Below are positions 8,836 through 18,664 of a stretch of 59,989 bases of DNA, one piece after another. The translations under genes and the position numbers were made by a program. The notes beneath the pieces were generated by a model that saw nothing but the letters and a program-made list of their open reading frames with translations, was not told the origin of the DNA and made no database searches. Every line of letters starts with the position of its first letter. The first letter of the stretch is position 1. The stretch is from Candidatus Bathyarchaeia archaeon. Its GTDB lineage: Archaea > Thermoproteota > Bathyarchaeia > Bathyarchaeales > Bathycorpusculaceae. The stretch lies in contig JBMFMB010000008.1 in NCBI GenBank assembly GCA_049970895.1, positions 1-59,989 on the forward strand. The letters are read 5' to 3'.

Positions 8836-10284
8836 CTACCTTAACAGTCCAACCCGAACTTTTCTAAAGCGGGCAGTGCCACATCCATGCCCAACATACA
8901 TGACTTGTCCCGGAACGCCCTTCCCACAGTTGGGCGTCCCCCACATCTTCCAGTCATCCTTGCTGACGGCGTCACATGAACCCCAGAACTGAGGGGTCAC
9001 ACCCATGTAAGTCGGGTTTTTAACCATCTTCTCGCGGCTTCCATTTTTTATAAGCCAGCCAATTTCCGTGCCGAACTGGAAGTTTATGCGCTTATCATCA
9101 ATGCTCCATGAACGGTTAGTCATCATTAAAACTCCTTCGCGTGTATCCTCAATTATCTCTTCAGCCTTGTAGTCGCCTGGAAGCAAATTAATATTGGTCA
9201 TGCGTATTATTGGCAGAGCCAAGGGCGAGTCGGCTCGCATTCCTCCGCTGCTTTCCTTAAGCCCAATCTGGGCAGCGGTCTCCCTAGAACTCTGGTAGCC
9301 TACGAAAATGCCTTCCTTCACGAGGTAAACCTTTTTGGCTTTAACCCCCTCGTCGTCAAAGCCGAAGGTTCCAAGTCCCAAAGGCGCAGTGGCATCAGCA
9401 ACAATATTCACTTTCTCAGAGCCGTAACGGAATTTCCCAAGCTTTTCAGGCGTTAGGAAGCTTGTCCCAGCATAGTCCGCCTCAGTTCCCAATACACGGT
9501 CAAGCTCTGTTGGATGCCCACAGCTCTCATGAATCTGCAAAGCCAACTGGTCTCCGCAAAGGATTAAATCCATCTCGCCAGACGGGCACTTCTCAGCCTC
9601 AAAAAGTTGGATAAGCTCTTCTCCAACAGTTTTTGCATGATCCGTGAGGGCTAAGGACTCGAAGAACTCGTAGCCACTTGTGGCAAAGTCCCCGCGGAAA
9701 GCCGACGGATAAGACCTTACTTGAACTTCTGAGCCTTTAACGGCTATGGCTGAAATTCCGCCACCGCACCATGTTATTTGCTGATTTATTTCTGCGCCTT
9801 CACTGCTTATGAAAAGCTTGTTCTCGCGGTAACCCCGATAGTGGGCATAGGAAACATTCACCAGTGGCGAAAACTCTTTCAAGAAGCGGCTAGCCTCAAC
9901 GAGAATTTTGAGCTTATCCTCCAACGGAACCTTGAAGGGGTCTTTCCTGTAGCTTGTGGCATACTTCTCGCGGTAAACCTTCTCCTTTACGAGGGCTACA
10001 TCCCTCTTCTTAAGCATAGCACTGGCTTTTGCTATGCTGACAGCCCTCTCAACACAACGCTTAATCTCATCCTCGGTTACGTCCACCGAACCAGCAAAAC
10101 CCCAAGCGCCATCAACAATTACTCGAACTCCGAAACCCCGCAGCTGCGAATAAGATATGGTCTCCGGCACACCATTCTTCACCGTTAGATTTTCGTTTAA
10201 GATTTCGCTGATTCTAATGTCAGCGTAAGACGCGCCCCTCTTGCCGGCTTCTTCAAGGGCTAACCTTCCAAGATCAACAGCCAT
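8836..10284 (-). CDS. tldD: TldD family metalloprotease
   Basis: HESCGH zinc motif, FDDEG, IRMTN, CGKG. Confidence 0.93.
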   Translation of the reverse strand: MAVDLGRLALEEAGKRGASYADIRISEILNENLTVKNGVPETISYSQLRGFGVRVIVDGAWGFAGSVDVTEDEIKRCVERAVSIAKASAMLKKRDVALVKEKVYREKYATSYRKDPFKVPLEDKLKILVEASRFLKEFSPLVNVSYAHYRGYRENKLFISSEGAEINQQITWCGGGISAIAVKGSEVQVRSYPSAFRGDFATSGYEFFESLALTDHAKTVGEELIQLFEAEKCPSGEMDLILCGDQLALQIHESCGHPTELDRVLGTEADYAGTSFLTPEKLGKFRYGSEKVNIVADATAPLGLGTFGFDDEGVKAKKVYLVKEGIFVGYQSSRETAAQIGLKESSGGMRADSPLALPIIRMTNINLLPGDYKAEEIIEDTREGVLMMTNRSWSIDDKRINFQFGTEIGWLIKNGSREKMVKNPTYMGVTPQFWGSCDAVSKDDWKMWGTPNCGKGVPGQVMYVGHGCGTARFRKVRVGLLR

Positions 10285-10423
10285 CCCCTAACACTCCCTC
10301 ACTTAACCTTAGAACAGTTAAATATGCAATGTTTGGTTTTAAGCTTTGGCAAAGCGTAAAGTTTAAAGGTTCAATGCCATGTTAAGGATTCGAATGCTCC
10401 AAGTATAAACGAGGTTTAATGGT

Positions 10424-10978
10424 TTGAGTGTTGAAGAGGAAGAAACCCTAGAAGAGCGCAAAGCAAAAATCCTAATCAAGCTTAGGGGCTACAAGCTTAT
10501 TAAAAAGGAGAAAGCTAAGGAAGCCATAAGCTACATTGTTGAAGCCCCAAAAGAGGAGAAAAGGAAAATCCTAATCTGGTGTGTTCGAGAAGAAACCGTT
10601 GGCATAATAACAATAAACCGAATGGCAAAAGCCATGAAAGAAGCCGAAATAGAACACGGAATTCTAATAGCCAGTGGACGCTACACCAACGCCGCAAAAC
10701 AAATGGCAAAGAAAAAGCACATAGAGCTTCTACCAAAAACCTTCCCCGTCTTCGACATCTTCGAACACAAGCTTGTGCCAAAACATGAAATCCTAACCCT
10801 AGAAGAACGCGAAAAAGTCCTAGCCCAATACAGGGTTAAGCCATACCAGCTACCCCAAATAAAAGCTTCAGACCCAGCGGCAAAAGCCATAGGAGCAAAA
10901 CCAGGCGACATACTACGCATAATACGCAAAAGCTCAACAGCAGGCGAACACATAGCCTATAGATACGTAGTAGAATAG
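10424..10978 (+). CDS. rpoH: DNA-directed RNA polymerase subunit H (Rpo5) with Rpb5-like N-terminal jaw domain
   Basis: C-terminal [10 protein letters not shown]...[42 protein letters not shown]; about 105-aa N-terminal extension. Confidence 0.93.
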   Translation: MSVEEEETLEERKAKILIKLRGYKLIKKEKAKEAISYIVEAPKEEKRKILIWCVREETVGIITINRMAKAMKEAEIEHGILIASGRYTNAAKQMAKKKHIELLPKTFPVFDIFEHKLVPKHEILTLEEREKVLAQYRVKPYQLPQIKASDPAAKAIGAKPGDILRIIRKSSTAGEHIAYRYVVE

Positions 10979-10988
10979 GCAAACAGGC

Positions 10989-11348
10989 TTATTGTTTTGC
11001 CTCTGCTAATGCCTTGCTTAGGAGGCTTTCCACACGCCTATACTCTTCGAGGAGTTCTTTTCCGAAGCTTGTGAGTTTTGCGCCTCCACCGCCCCTTTTT
11101 CCTCCCCTATAGGTTTCCATCACAGGCTTTCCTAGCGTTTTTTCAACCCGTTTAATATAGCTCCAAACATAGCGATAAGACATCCCAAGCCTTTCCGCAG
11201 CCTTTGATATGGAGTGCTCCTTTTCTATTTGTTCTAGGATTTGGGCTCCACCCTTCCCTATGAGCGGTTTTCCATGATGCTCAAGCCATATTTTGAAGGA
11301 CAGCTCATGTTTTGTCTTGTTTTGCATTGTGCTTTGTATTTTTGCCAC
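10989..11348 (-). CDS. ModE N-terminal-like winged-helix regulator
   Basis: SISKAAERLGMSYRYVWSYI...RGGKRGGGAKLT. Confidence 0.88.
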   Translation of the reverse strand: MAKIQSTMQNKTKHELSFKIWLEHHGKPLIGKGGAQILEQIEKEHSISKAAERLGMSYRYVWSYIKRVEKTLGKPVMETYRGGKRGGGGAKLTSFGKELLEEYRRVESLLSKALAEAKQ

Positions 11349-11392
11349 GTTAGGTTTATAAGCCTATTTGATATGAATACGAAAGCACAACG

Positions 11393-12150
11393 AGTAGGAA
11401 AAAGCCATAACAACAGAAACACCGTTGTCTGCTGGCAAAATTTCAGCAGCCTTTGCGTTTGGGGTCCTTTAGGGGTAGCTGGATTAATAGGCGTTGGGTG
11501 AGGCGAGTTCAGAACGCCAATATTGCTTTATGTTGTTGGGCTTCCGGTTGTGATAGTCATAGCAGTAAACCTACTTGTCGGCTTACTAACAGTCGTCGTC
11601 CCATTCATTAGACGTTTCCAGGTGGGGCTTACTAAACGGTCACAGCATCAACATAGCCCTAATCATGTCTGCAACATCAATAATAGTGGCTTATCTTGGA
11701 GCGCTTTCAACCGACAAGATTCCATAAAAACCGTTGAAGAGGCTTTTGGCAGCCTTCCTCATAATCGTCGGCTTAAAAATTGGGCTTGAACCCTTCATCC
11801 AAATTCCGTTCGCGTTTACTTTTACTCTTGATTTTGTGGAGGAAGCTTCCTAGCCGCCATCATTGGCTTGGCAATTGGCATTATTTTCGGAGCCCCTTGG
11901 GGTGGCTGGCGGCTGGAACCGCAAGCCTCTTAATTTCTATACCGACCGTGGCTTCAGGCTTTTTAAGCATCAGAACATGGGGCACATGAACAGAAACGCC
12001 ACAATAATAGCAGTCGCCACGGGGCATAGGCTCCGTGTTGGGTGCTTTTATAGGCGAGTCCTATGCTGGGGTTGCGGAAAAGGAGATTCTAAAAGTGCTG
12101 CTCGGTGCAATCCTAATCTTAGCAACCGTAAGAATGGCGACAAAACCTTA
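11393..12150 (+). pseudogene. Degraded TSUP (TauE/SafE) family transporter
   Basis: VAGLIGVG*GEFRTPILLYVVGLP (in-frame TGA at 11499-11501), second repeat LGVAGG, several frameshifted hydrophobic fragments; boundaries approximate. Confidence 0.75.
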
Positions 12151-12384
12151 GAGGTGGGCGCTTCTCCTCTCGTTTTTCAGCTCATATAGGATTACCAGTG
12201 CCTCGCCAAGGGGAATGCCAAGCCTAGTTGCAAGCTCAGAAGGCGTAATATCCGGATTTTCATGAAGCAAGACATCCCTTGTGTAAGCCTTATGATGGGG
12301 ATACATGACCATGGCGTGAACAGTCTCAACAAGGATGGGCCAAAGCTTCTCTTTGGCATATTCTTCAAGGCTCATAACCATCAT
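12148..12384 (-). CDS. Small hypothetical protein with HTH-like C-terminus
   Basis: NPDITPSELATRLGIPLGEALVILYEL. Confidence 0.65.
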   Translation of the reverse strand: MMVMSLEEYAKEKLWPILVETVHAMVMYPHHKAYTRDVLLHENPDITPSELATRLGIPLGEALVILYELKNERRSAHL

Positions 12385-12450
12385 AGAAGAATATTTGCGA
12401 AAGTTGGTTATTTCAGTTTACTCTCCAGAGCCACCATAACCACTGAAGTC

Positions 12451-12978
12451 TTATTGCTTTCTCCCAAACTCTTCGAAGCTCACAATCTTTTCTAGGGGTT
12501 TCCGACGTCTAAATAGATGGAGCACCTTGCCAGTAAAATCAAACTTCTCTCTCGGGTAGCCTAGTGCCAGCAAAGCCACGACCTGATAGTTCTCTGGAAT
12601 TTTCAGCAGTTCGCGCACCTGATTTTCGTCGAAGCTTCCAACCCAGCATGTGCCGAGCCCCATGCTTGTGGCTGTTAAGACCATGTTCTGCATGGCTATG
12701 GCAACGTCCACCATGAACCATTTAGGCGAAGCCTTCTGGTCGCCGCATCCAACAATAACGACAGGCGCCTCCTTAAGGAACTTTGCAAACCTAGCTTGGG
12801 CAAGCTTCTCGCGTTTTTCAGCATCTGTGACAACTATAAAGTGCCATGGCTGAATGTTGCTGGCTGAGGGCGCAAGCCTACCAGCCTCCAAAACTCGCAA
12901 AAGCTTTTCCATCGGCACTGGTGTTGGCTGGTAAGCCCTTACTGAACGGCGTTTCTGAACAGCCTCAAAAACTTCCAT
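12451..12978 (-). CDS. Nitroreductase family protein
   Basis: RRSVRAY, APSASNIQPWHF, GLGTCWVG, LGYP. Confidence 0.93.
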   Translation of the reverse strand: MEVFEAVQKRRSVRAYQPTPVPMEKLLRVLEAGRLAPSASNIQPWHFIVVTDAEKREKLAQARFAKFLKEAPVVIVGCGDQKASPKWFMVDVAIAMQNMVLTATSMGLGTCWVGSFDENQVRELLKIPENYQVVALLALGYPREKFDFTGKVLHLFRRRKPLEKIVSFEEFGRKQ

Positions 12979-13113
12979 CCTTAAACACCACATGATGCAG
13001 TATGCCACATCCAAAATAAGATTTTACTGACGAAAATAGCCGCACGGAAGAAACTTTGGTAAAGTTTATCTTTAGCGATTCTGTTAGGCTACAAATTCAA
13101 AAGGGCTGAAGCA

Positions 13114-13800
13114 ATGATTAGGGCGGTTGTCTTCGACCTAGACGGAACAATAGTCAAATTCAACATAGATTATAGGGCTGTGAGAGCCGAAGTTAGAAGC
13201 TTCCTAATAAGGGAGGGGATGCCAGCCTCAGTGTTATCCCTAAACGAAAGCATATTCGAAATGCTGAAGAAAACTGAAATTTTCATGAAAAACAACGGGA
13301 AAAAACAAGCCGAAATAGAAGAAGTCCGCCGAAAAGCCCTAGCAATAGCCGAAAAACACGAGTTGGAAGCCGCAAAAACCACAAGCCTCCGGCCCGGAAT
13401 AACAGAAGTCCTAAAAACCTTACGGGATATGGGCTTAAAAATTGGCATATGCACAGTAAACAGCCAAAAATCAGTGGACTACATCCTAAAAAAATTCGGA
13501 ATAGCCAAATTCTTCGACACGACAACCACGAGAAACCATGTTAAAAATGTTAAACCCAACACGGAACACCTAGAAACCACGCTAAAAGCGCTTGGCGTAA
13601 GCCCAAAAGAAGCCCTAGTCGTGGGAGACAGCCCATCAGACATGAAATGCGCAAAAGAGCTAGGCGCAATAGCAGCAGCCCTACCAACAGGCATCTCAAC
13701 ACAAAAGGAACTTGCAGACGCAGGGGCAAACTACATAATAACAACAATAACGGACATACCAACTCTGATAGAACAAATCAACGCCCCCAAAAGTGTTTAA
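13114..13800 (+). CDS. HAD-superfamily hydrolase (phosphoglycolate phosphatase-like)
   Basis: FDLDGT, KP, VGDSPSD motifs. Confidence 0.92.
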   Translation: MIRAVVFDLDGTIVKFNIDYRAVRAEVRSFLIREGMPASVLSLNESIFEMLKKTEIFMKNNGKKQAEIEEVRRKALAIAEKHELEAAKTTSLRPGITEVLKTLRDMGLKIGICTVNSQKSVDYILKKFGIAKFFDTTTTRNHVKNVKPNTEHLETTLKALGVSPKEALVVGDSPSDMKCAKELGAIAAALPTGISTQKELADAGANYIITTITDIPTLIEQINAPKSV

Positions 13801-13841
13801 TAGAAAGTAAAGCTACTTTTAGATAAAATTCGGAATAAATT

Positions 13842-14264
13842 GTGGTTTGGAGAAAGAAGCTAATGAGAGAAGAATCTGCATGGTGGATTGAAGATGCAAA
13901 AAGGTGTTTGACAAAAGCTGGAAAATATTTGGAGCTTGGCTTCTACGAGGATTGCGTCTTCAACTGTCAACAAGCCTTAGAAAAACTATTTAAGGGCTTA
14001 TCAATTGAGCTCCTCAAAAAGAGGCCTGTTAAAACCCATAAGCTCACAACCCTTTACAAGCCGTTGGAAAAATATGCCAGAATAGATGAGGAGCTTAAGG
14101 ATTTTCTATCGCTTATATCGCCCTACTACTTTATCACACGGTACCCGGACATTGCAATGGGGTTGCCGGGCGAAATAATAACTGAAAGCTTCGCGAAAGA
14201 CTGTCTGACGAAAACTAGGAGGATTTTTGATTGCTTTCAGAGGTTTATATCGAAAGGGAAGTGA
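13842..14264 (+). CDS. HEPN domain protein
   Basis: CQQALEKLFKG, KTHKL, TRYPD; overlaps the MNT gene. Confidence 0.88.
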   Translation: MVWRKKLMREESAWWIEDAKRCLTKAGKYLELGFYEDCVFNCQQALEKLFKGLSIELLKKRPVKTHKLTTLYKPLEKYARIDEELKDFLSLISPYYFITRYPDIAMGLPGEIITESFAKDCLTKTRRIFDCFQRFISKGK

Positions 14265-14575
14265 AACGTTACCTAAAAAGCTTGCCAATTAAGATAGATT
14301 TTGCCATTCTTTTTGGCTCAACAGTTTATGGCGAAAGGTTAAGAGACAGCGACATAGACCTAATAATAGTTTCAAAGGATTTTGAAGGCGTACCCTTTGA
14401 GAAGAGAATGCTAATTTTGCAGAAGCACTGGAAACACGACGTTATGCTTGAAGCCTTCGGATTCACACCAAAAGAATTTGAAAAACTCAAAGACAAAAGC
14501 ATAGTCATCCAAGAAGCCATTGAAAAAGGGAAGAAAATCTTAGTTCGCAAAAATAAGGCAGTTACGATGGCCTAA
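14231..14575 (+). CDS. Minimal nucleotidyltransferase (MNT) antitoxin-like
   Basis: LFGSTVYGERLRDSDIDLIIVS (GS-x10-DxD). Confidence 0.9.
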   Translation: MLSEVYIEREVKRYLKSLPIKIDFAILFGSTVYGERLRDSDIDLIIVSKDFEGVPFEKRMLILQKHWKHDVMLEAFGFTPKEFEKLKDKSIVIQEAIEKGKKILVRKNKAVTMA

Positions 14576-14984
14576 AGTAATATCTTGGCCATTGGGGCCA
14601 TTGTGTTTGCTGTGGCTGTTGTGGTTCTTCAAACTCCATTTTTAGGCTCATGCCAACCTTAATCTTGTCTAGCGGTACGTCTTTTATCATTCCCGGTATT
14701 TTTACGCTGTTTTCCAGTTGGACTATGCCTACTGCGTACGGTGTCATGTTTTGGAATTGAGGTGGTGCCACGTGGATTATTGTGTATGTTAGGAGTTTGC
14801 CATTTTGTGGGAGTTCAACCCATTCGAATCCTGTTGAAAGGCATTTGTCGCATAATGGTCTTGGTGGCAGATGGATTTTTCCGCATTTAAGGCATTTTCC
14901 AGCCATCAGTTTTTTCTGGCTTATGTTTTTGTAGAATTGCTCAATTGTGAAATTTGTTGGCTGTTCGGTCATACGCTTTTTCAC
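14562..14984 (-). CDS. DUF35 Zn-ribbon/OB-fold protein
   Basis: CLKC...PPRPLCDKC, GKLLTYT, PYAVGIVQL; overlaps the thiolase stop. Confidence 0.92.
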   Translation of the reverse strand: MKKRMTEQPTNFTIEQFYKNISQKKLMAGKCLKCGKIHLPPRPLCDKCLSTGFEWVELPQNGKLLTYTIIHVAPPQFQNMTPYAVGIVQLENSVKIPGMIKDVPLDKIKVGMSLKMEFEEPQQPQQTQWPQWPRYYFRPS

Positions 14985-16153
14985 CCCCTCTTGTAGATGT
15001 GGACTGTGGCTGTGGCGCCTGAACCGCCCACGTTATGCGTTAAGCCTATTTCTGCGTCTGCCACTTGGCGCTTGCCAGCTTGTCCCGTTAGTTGTAGGTA
15101 TATTTCGTAGGCTTGGGCTGTTCCTGTGGCGCCCACTGGGTGGCCTTTCGCCTTTAGGCCTCCACTTGTGTTTACTGGTATTCTTCCCTTAAGCGAAGTT
15201 TCGCCTTTTTCAGCTAGTTTTCCGCCTTCGCCCGGCTTGCAAAAGCCCAAATCTTCGTAGGCTATTATTTCGGCTATCGTGAAGCAGTCGTGGACCTCAG
15301 CAACGTCTATTTCTTCTGGCTTCACGCCAGCCATCTCATAGGCTTGTTTCGCCGCAAGTTTTGCGGCTCTCAGCGATGTGAAGTCTTCCCTTTCATACAT
15401 GCCTATCGTGTCGCTGGCCTGTCCGCTCCCAATAATGTGGACTGGCGTGTCCGTGTATTTTTTGGCTATTTCAGGCTTTGTCAGTATGAGGCAGCTTGCA
15501 CCATCAGTTATTAGCGAACAATCGAAGAGTTTTAGGGGCCAAGCGATAACCCGCGATGATAAGGCTTGTTCTAGGGCTATTTCCTTCTGCATGTGAGCCT
15601 TCGGGTTTAGGCTTCCATTATAATGGTTTTTTACTGCCACATGGGCCAATTGGGCTTCTGTTGTGCCATACTTGTGCATGTGGGCAGTAGCCATCAACGC
15701 AAATAATCCTGGGAAGGTTATGCCGTGCCACTGTTCAAAGGGGAAATCCGAAGCCATGGCCAGAAACTCCGTGACTTCGGAAGTGCTTCGATGAGTCATC
15801 TTTTCAACACCGCCAGCCATTACAACATCGCATAAGCCTGAAGCGATAGTGAATATGGCGGCTCTTAGGGCTGCACCAGAAGAGCTGCAAGCCGCCTCAG
15901 TTCTTGTTGCGGGTATGTGCAGTAAGCCAGCCCAGTCTGCTGCTGTGGCGCCAGTGTGTCCCTGATGCTCGTAGGATTCGCCCATATGCCCAATAAATAG
16001 GGCTTTTATGTCCCGTTTTGGGTCTAGTTTTGGACAGCGTTCATAAGCCTCTTTTGCAGCTTGGGCGAAGATTTCTCTTGCGTATAAGCCTTCAAGCCTC
16101 CCGAATTTTGAAAGCCCCGCAGAAACTATTGAGGCTAGGGGTTTTCCCTTCAA
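14981..16153 (-). CDS. Thiolase (acetyl-CoA acetyltransferase) with catalytic Cys
   Basis: EAACSS, GVEKM, EVHDCF, GHPVGATG, HNVGG. Confidence 0.93.
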   Translation of the reverse strand: MKGKPLASIVSAGLSKFGRLEGLYAREIFAQAAKEAYERCPKLDPKRDIKALFIGHMGESYEHQGHTGATAADWAGLLHIPATRTEAACSSSGAALRAAIFTIASGLCDVVMAGGVEKMTHRSTSEVTEFLAMASDFPFEQWHGITFPGLFALMATAHMHKYGTTEAQLAHVAVKNHYNGSLNPKAHMQKEIALEQALSSRVIAWPLKLFDCSLITDGASCLILTKPEIAKKYTDTPVHIIGSGQASDTIGMYEREDFTSLRAAKLAAKQAYEMAGVKPEEIDVAEVHDCFTIAEIIAYEDLGFCKPGEGGKLAEKGETSLKGRIPVNTSGGLKAKGHPVGATGTAQAYEIYLQLTGQAGKRQVADAEIGLTHNVGGSGATATVHIYKRG

Positions 16154-16310
16154 ATTAAACTTCTCCAGAGGCAGCCTTTCGGAGAAAATCCATAGTTGGC
16201 AAACAAGTATTTAAGTTTCTTCAACACTTCCTCACGTTTTTCACGAAAAGTTTTATGTGAACACCGGCTTAAACTATAGCCTCTAAAATGGAGAAAGGGA
16301 AGGAGAAAAC

Positions 16311-17468
16311 ATGAGCGAAGTGGCAATTGTTGGTGTTGGATGCGTCGGCTTCAGACCAATAACACCAGAGCTTTCATATAAGGAGCTGATGTTCGAGGCG
16401 GCTGTTAAAGCCTACGAGGATGCCGGTGGGATAAACCCTAGGGAAGACATAGACGTTTTCGTAACATGTGCAGAAGACTATTTGGAGGGCTTCAGCATAT
16501 TCGACGAGTTTGTTCCAGACCAGCTTGGCGCAGCCCTACGCCACCTTTTCACGGTTTCAGGCGATGGAATGCTTGGACTGGCAACGGCTTACATGCTGAT
16601 AAAGACTGGATATTTTGACACAGTGGTTGTGGAAGCCCACAGCAAAGCATCAGACATACTAACGTACATGGATATTGTTCAGTTCGGGCTTGACCCAATT
16701 TTCAACAGACCTTTAGGTGGACATCCCTACTACATTGCTGGTTTAGAAATGAACCGCTACCTGCATGACACGGGTACGACGGAGGAGCAGTGCGCCCAAG
16801 TCGTGGTTAAGAATAGGAAAAACGCCATCCTCAACCCATACGCGGCTTATGGGGCTGACATAACCCTAGACCAAGTCATGCATTCGGAGAGGCTTTTCCA
16901 CCCGCTGAAAAAATTGGAGATAAGCACACCAGCAGACGGTTGCATAGTCATGGTTCTAGCCTCAGAAAAAGTTGCTGAAAAACTCACGGATAAGCCAGTC
17001 TGGATTAAAGGCGTCGGTTGGTGCACCGAAACTCCAAGCCTAGAAACAAGGGACTGGACGAGGGCTGTTTACACGAGGCTGGCGGCTGAAATGGCCTACA
17101 AAGAGGCGAAAATCACCAATCCGTGGAAGGATATAGACTTCGCTGAAATCCACGATTTGTTTGCCTACAAGGAGCTACAGCACATGGAAGCCCTGAAATT
17201 ATGCGATTACGGAGAGGCTGGAAAACTAACAGAGGAAGGTCTAACATCACTAAACGGCGAGTTCCCAATAAACCCGTCTGGCGGACTACTTGGAATGGGT
17301 TATGGGTTGGAGGCTTCTGGACTGCAAAAGGTTTTGGAAGTTGTCTTACAGCTTAGAGGTGAGGCTGGCGCAAGACAAGTTGAAGATGCAGAGGTGGGAT
17401 TAGCCCACACGTGGCGGGGAATCCCAACAGCAACAGGCGCGGTAGCCGTTTTAAGTAATGTTAAGTAG
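16311..17468 (+). CDS. Thiolase-fold protein lacking the nucleophilic Cys
   Basis: Thiolase fold (EIHDLF, NPSGGLLG, QLRGEAGARQV); VSGDGMLG at the Cys position; no GHP. Confidence 0.88.
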   Translation: MSEVAIVGVGCVGFRPITPELSYKELMFEAAVKAYEDAGGINPREDIDVFVTCAEDYLEGFSIFDEFVPDQLGAALRHLFTVSGDGMLGLATAYMLIKTGYFDTVVVEAHSKASDILTYMDIVQFGLDPIFNRPLGGHPYYIAGLEMNRYLHDTGTTEEQCAQVVVKNRKNAILNPYAAYGADITLDQVMHSERLFHPLKKLEISTPADGCIVMVLASEKVAEKLTDKPVWIKGVGWCTETPSLETRDWTRAVYTRLAAEMAYKEAKITNPWKDIDFAEIHDLFAYKELQHMEALKLCDYGEAGKLTEEGLTSLNGEFPINPSGGLLGMGYGLEASGLQKVLEVVLQLRGEAGARQVEDAEVGLAHTWRGIPTATGAVAVLSNVK

Positions 17469-17484
17469 GTGGAGGTGGGAGGAC

Positions 17485-18651
17485 ATGTTTGGAAAGAAAA
17501 GAGTGGCAATAGTTGGTGCTGGCGTAACCTTGTTTAGGAGGAATTTGAAAGAGACTGGTAAGGAGTTAGCTTATCACGCGGCTAAGATGGCTTTGGAACA
17601 GGCTGGGATGGAGCTCCGCGACATCCAAAGCGTTGTAATGGGGACAGCCCCAGACGCCTTCGACGGAGTCCACATGAAAGGCGAATACTTGGCTGACGGA
17701 GCTGGAGCCTACCACAAGCCCTACACAAGGGTTTTTGTGGGCGGCGGAACAGGTGTCTTCGCTCCTCTTGCTGGATGGTGGCATGTAGCCTCTGGACAAT
17801 TTGACACATGCCTAGTCGTTTGCGAGGAGAAAATGTCTTCCTGCCACCCGCACCCGCAGTATGCCTTCACAACAATCTTCGACCCAATACTTGAACGGCC
17901 CATCGGCATGAACCTCATATGGATTTTCGCCTTGGAAATGAACCGTTACATGCACAAGCATAACATCAAGAAGGAGGACATAGCCCTAGTTTCAGTTAAG
18001 AACAAGCGAAACGCCCTAGACAATCCAATAGCGCAGTTAGCCGCAAACATAACTGTTGAAGATGTCTTAAACTCTGAGATTATGGCTTGGCCAGTTCAAC
18101 GCCTAGACGTCAGCCCAACAAGCGACGGGGCAGCCGCAACCGTTCTTGTCTCTGAAGATGTTGCTAAAGAGGTTACAGACAACCCGGTCTGGATCGACGG
18201 CGTTGGCTGGTGCATAGACTCTACCCATTGGACTGACCGCGACTTGTATTACCCAGACTATGTGGAGTATGCAGCTCGCATGGCCTACAAGATGGCTGGA
18301 ATCAAAAACCCACCTAAAGAAATTGACGTAGCAGAACCATATGACCCGTTTGACTATAAGGAGTTGCACCACATGGAGGGCTTGCTCCTATGCAAGAAGG
18401 GTGAGGCTCCAAAACTCACAAGGGAAGGCGTAACCCAAAGGGACGGAGACTTGCCAACATGCCCATCAGGCGGACTGCTGGGATGCGGAAATCCAATAGC
18501 GGCGGCTGGAATGATGAAGGTCTGCGAAATCTTCTGGCAACTGCGGGGCGAGGCTGGCAAGAGGCAAGTTCCCGGAGACCCGAGAACTGGTGTGGCTCAA
18601 GCGTGGGGTGATTTGATGCAGTATGGCTCAGTAATAGTGTTGAGGCGTTAA
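17485..18651 (+). CDS. Thiolase-fold protein lacking the nucleophilic Cys
   Basis: VFVGGGTG at the Cys position, EPYDPF, GNPIAAAG, QLRGEAGKRQV. Confidence 0.88.
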   Translation: MFGKKRVAIVGAGVTLFRRNLKETGKELAYHAAKMALEQAGMELRDIQSVVMGTAPDAFDGVHMKGEYLADGAGAYHKPYTRVFVGGGTGVFAPLAGWWHVASGQFDTCLVVCEEKMSSCHPHPQYAFTTIFDPILERPIGMNLIWIFALEMNRYMHKHNIKKEDIALVSVKNKRNALDNPIAQLAANITVEDVLNSEIMAWPVQRLDVSPTSDGAAATVLVSEDVAKEVTDNPVWIDGVGWCIDSTHWTDRDLYYPDYVEYAARMAYKMAGIKNPPKEIDVAEPYDPFDYKELHHMEGLLLCKKGEAPKLTREGVTQRDGDLPTCPSGGLLGCGNPIAAAGMMKVCEIFWQLRGEAGKRQVPGDPRTGVAQAWGDLMQYGSVIVLRR

Positions 18652-18664
18652 AGGAGGGTTGAAT

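Noticed and set aside
11499-11501. In-frame TGA as possible selenocysteine or readthrough
   Set aside because: It replaces a Gly of the GxGGG motif and the gene has further frameshifts, so pseudogenisation is simpler
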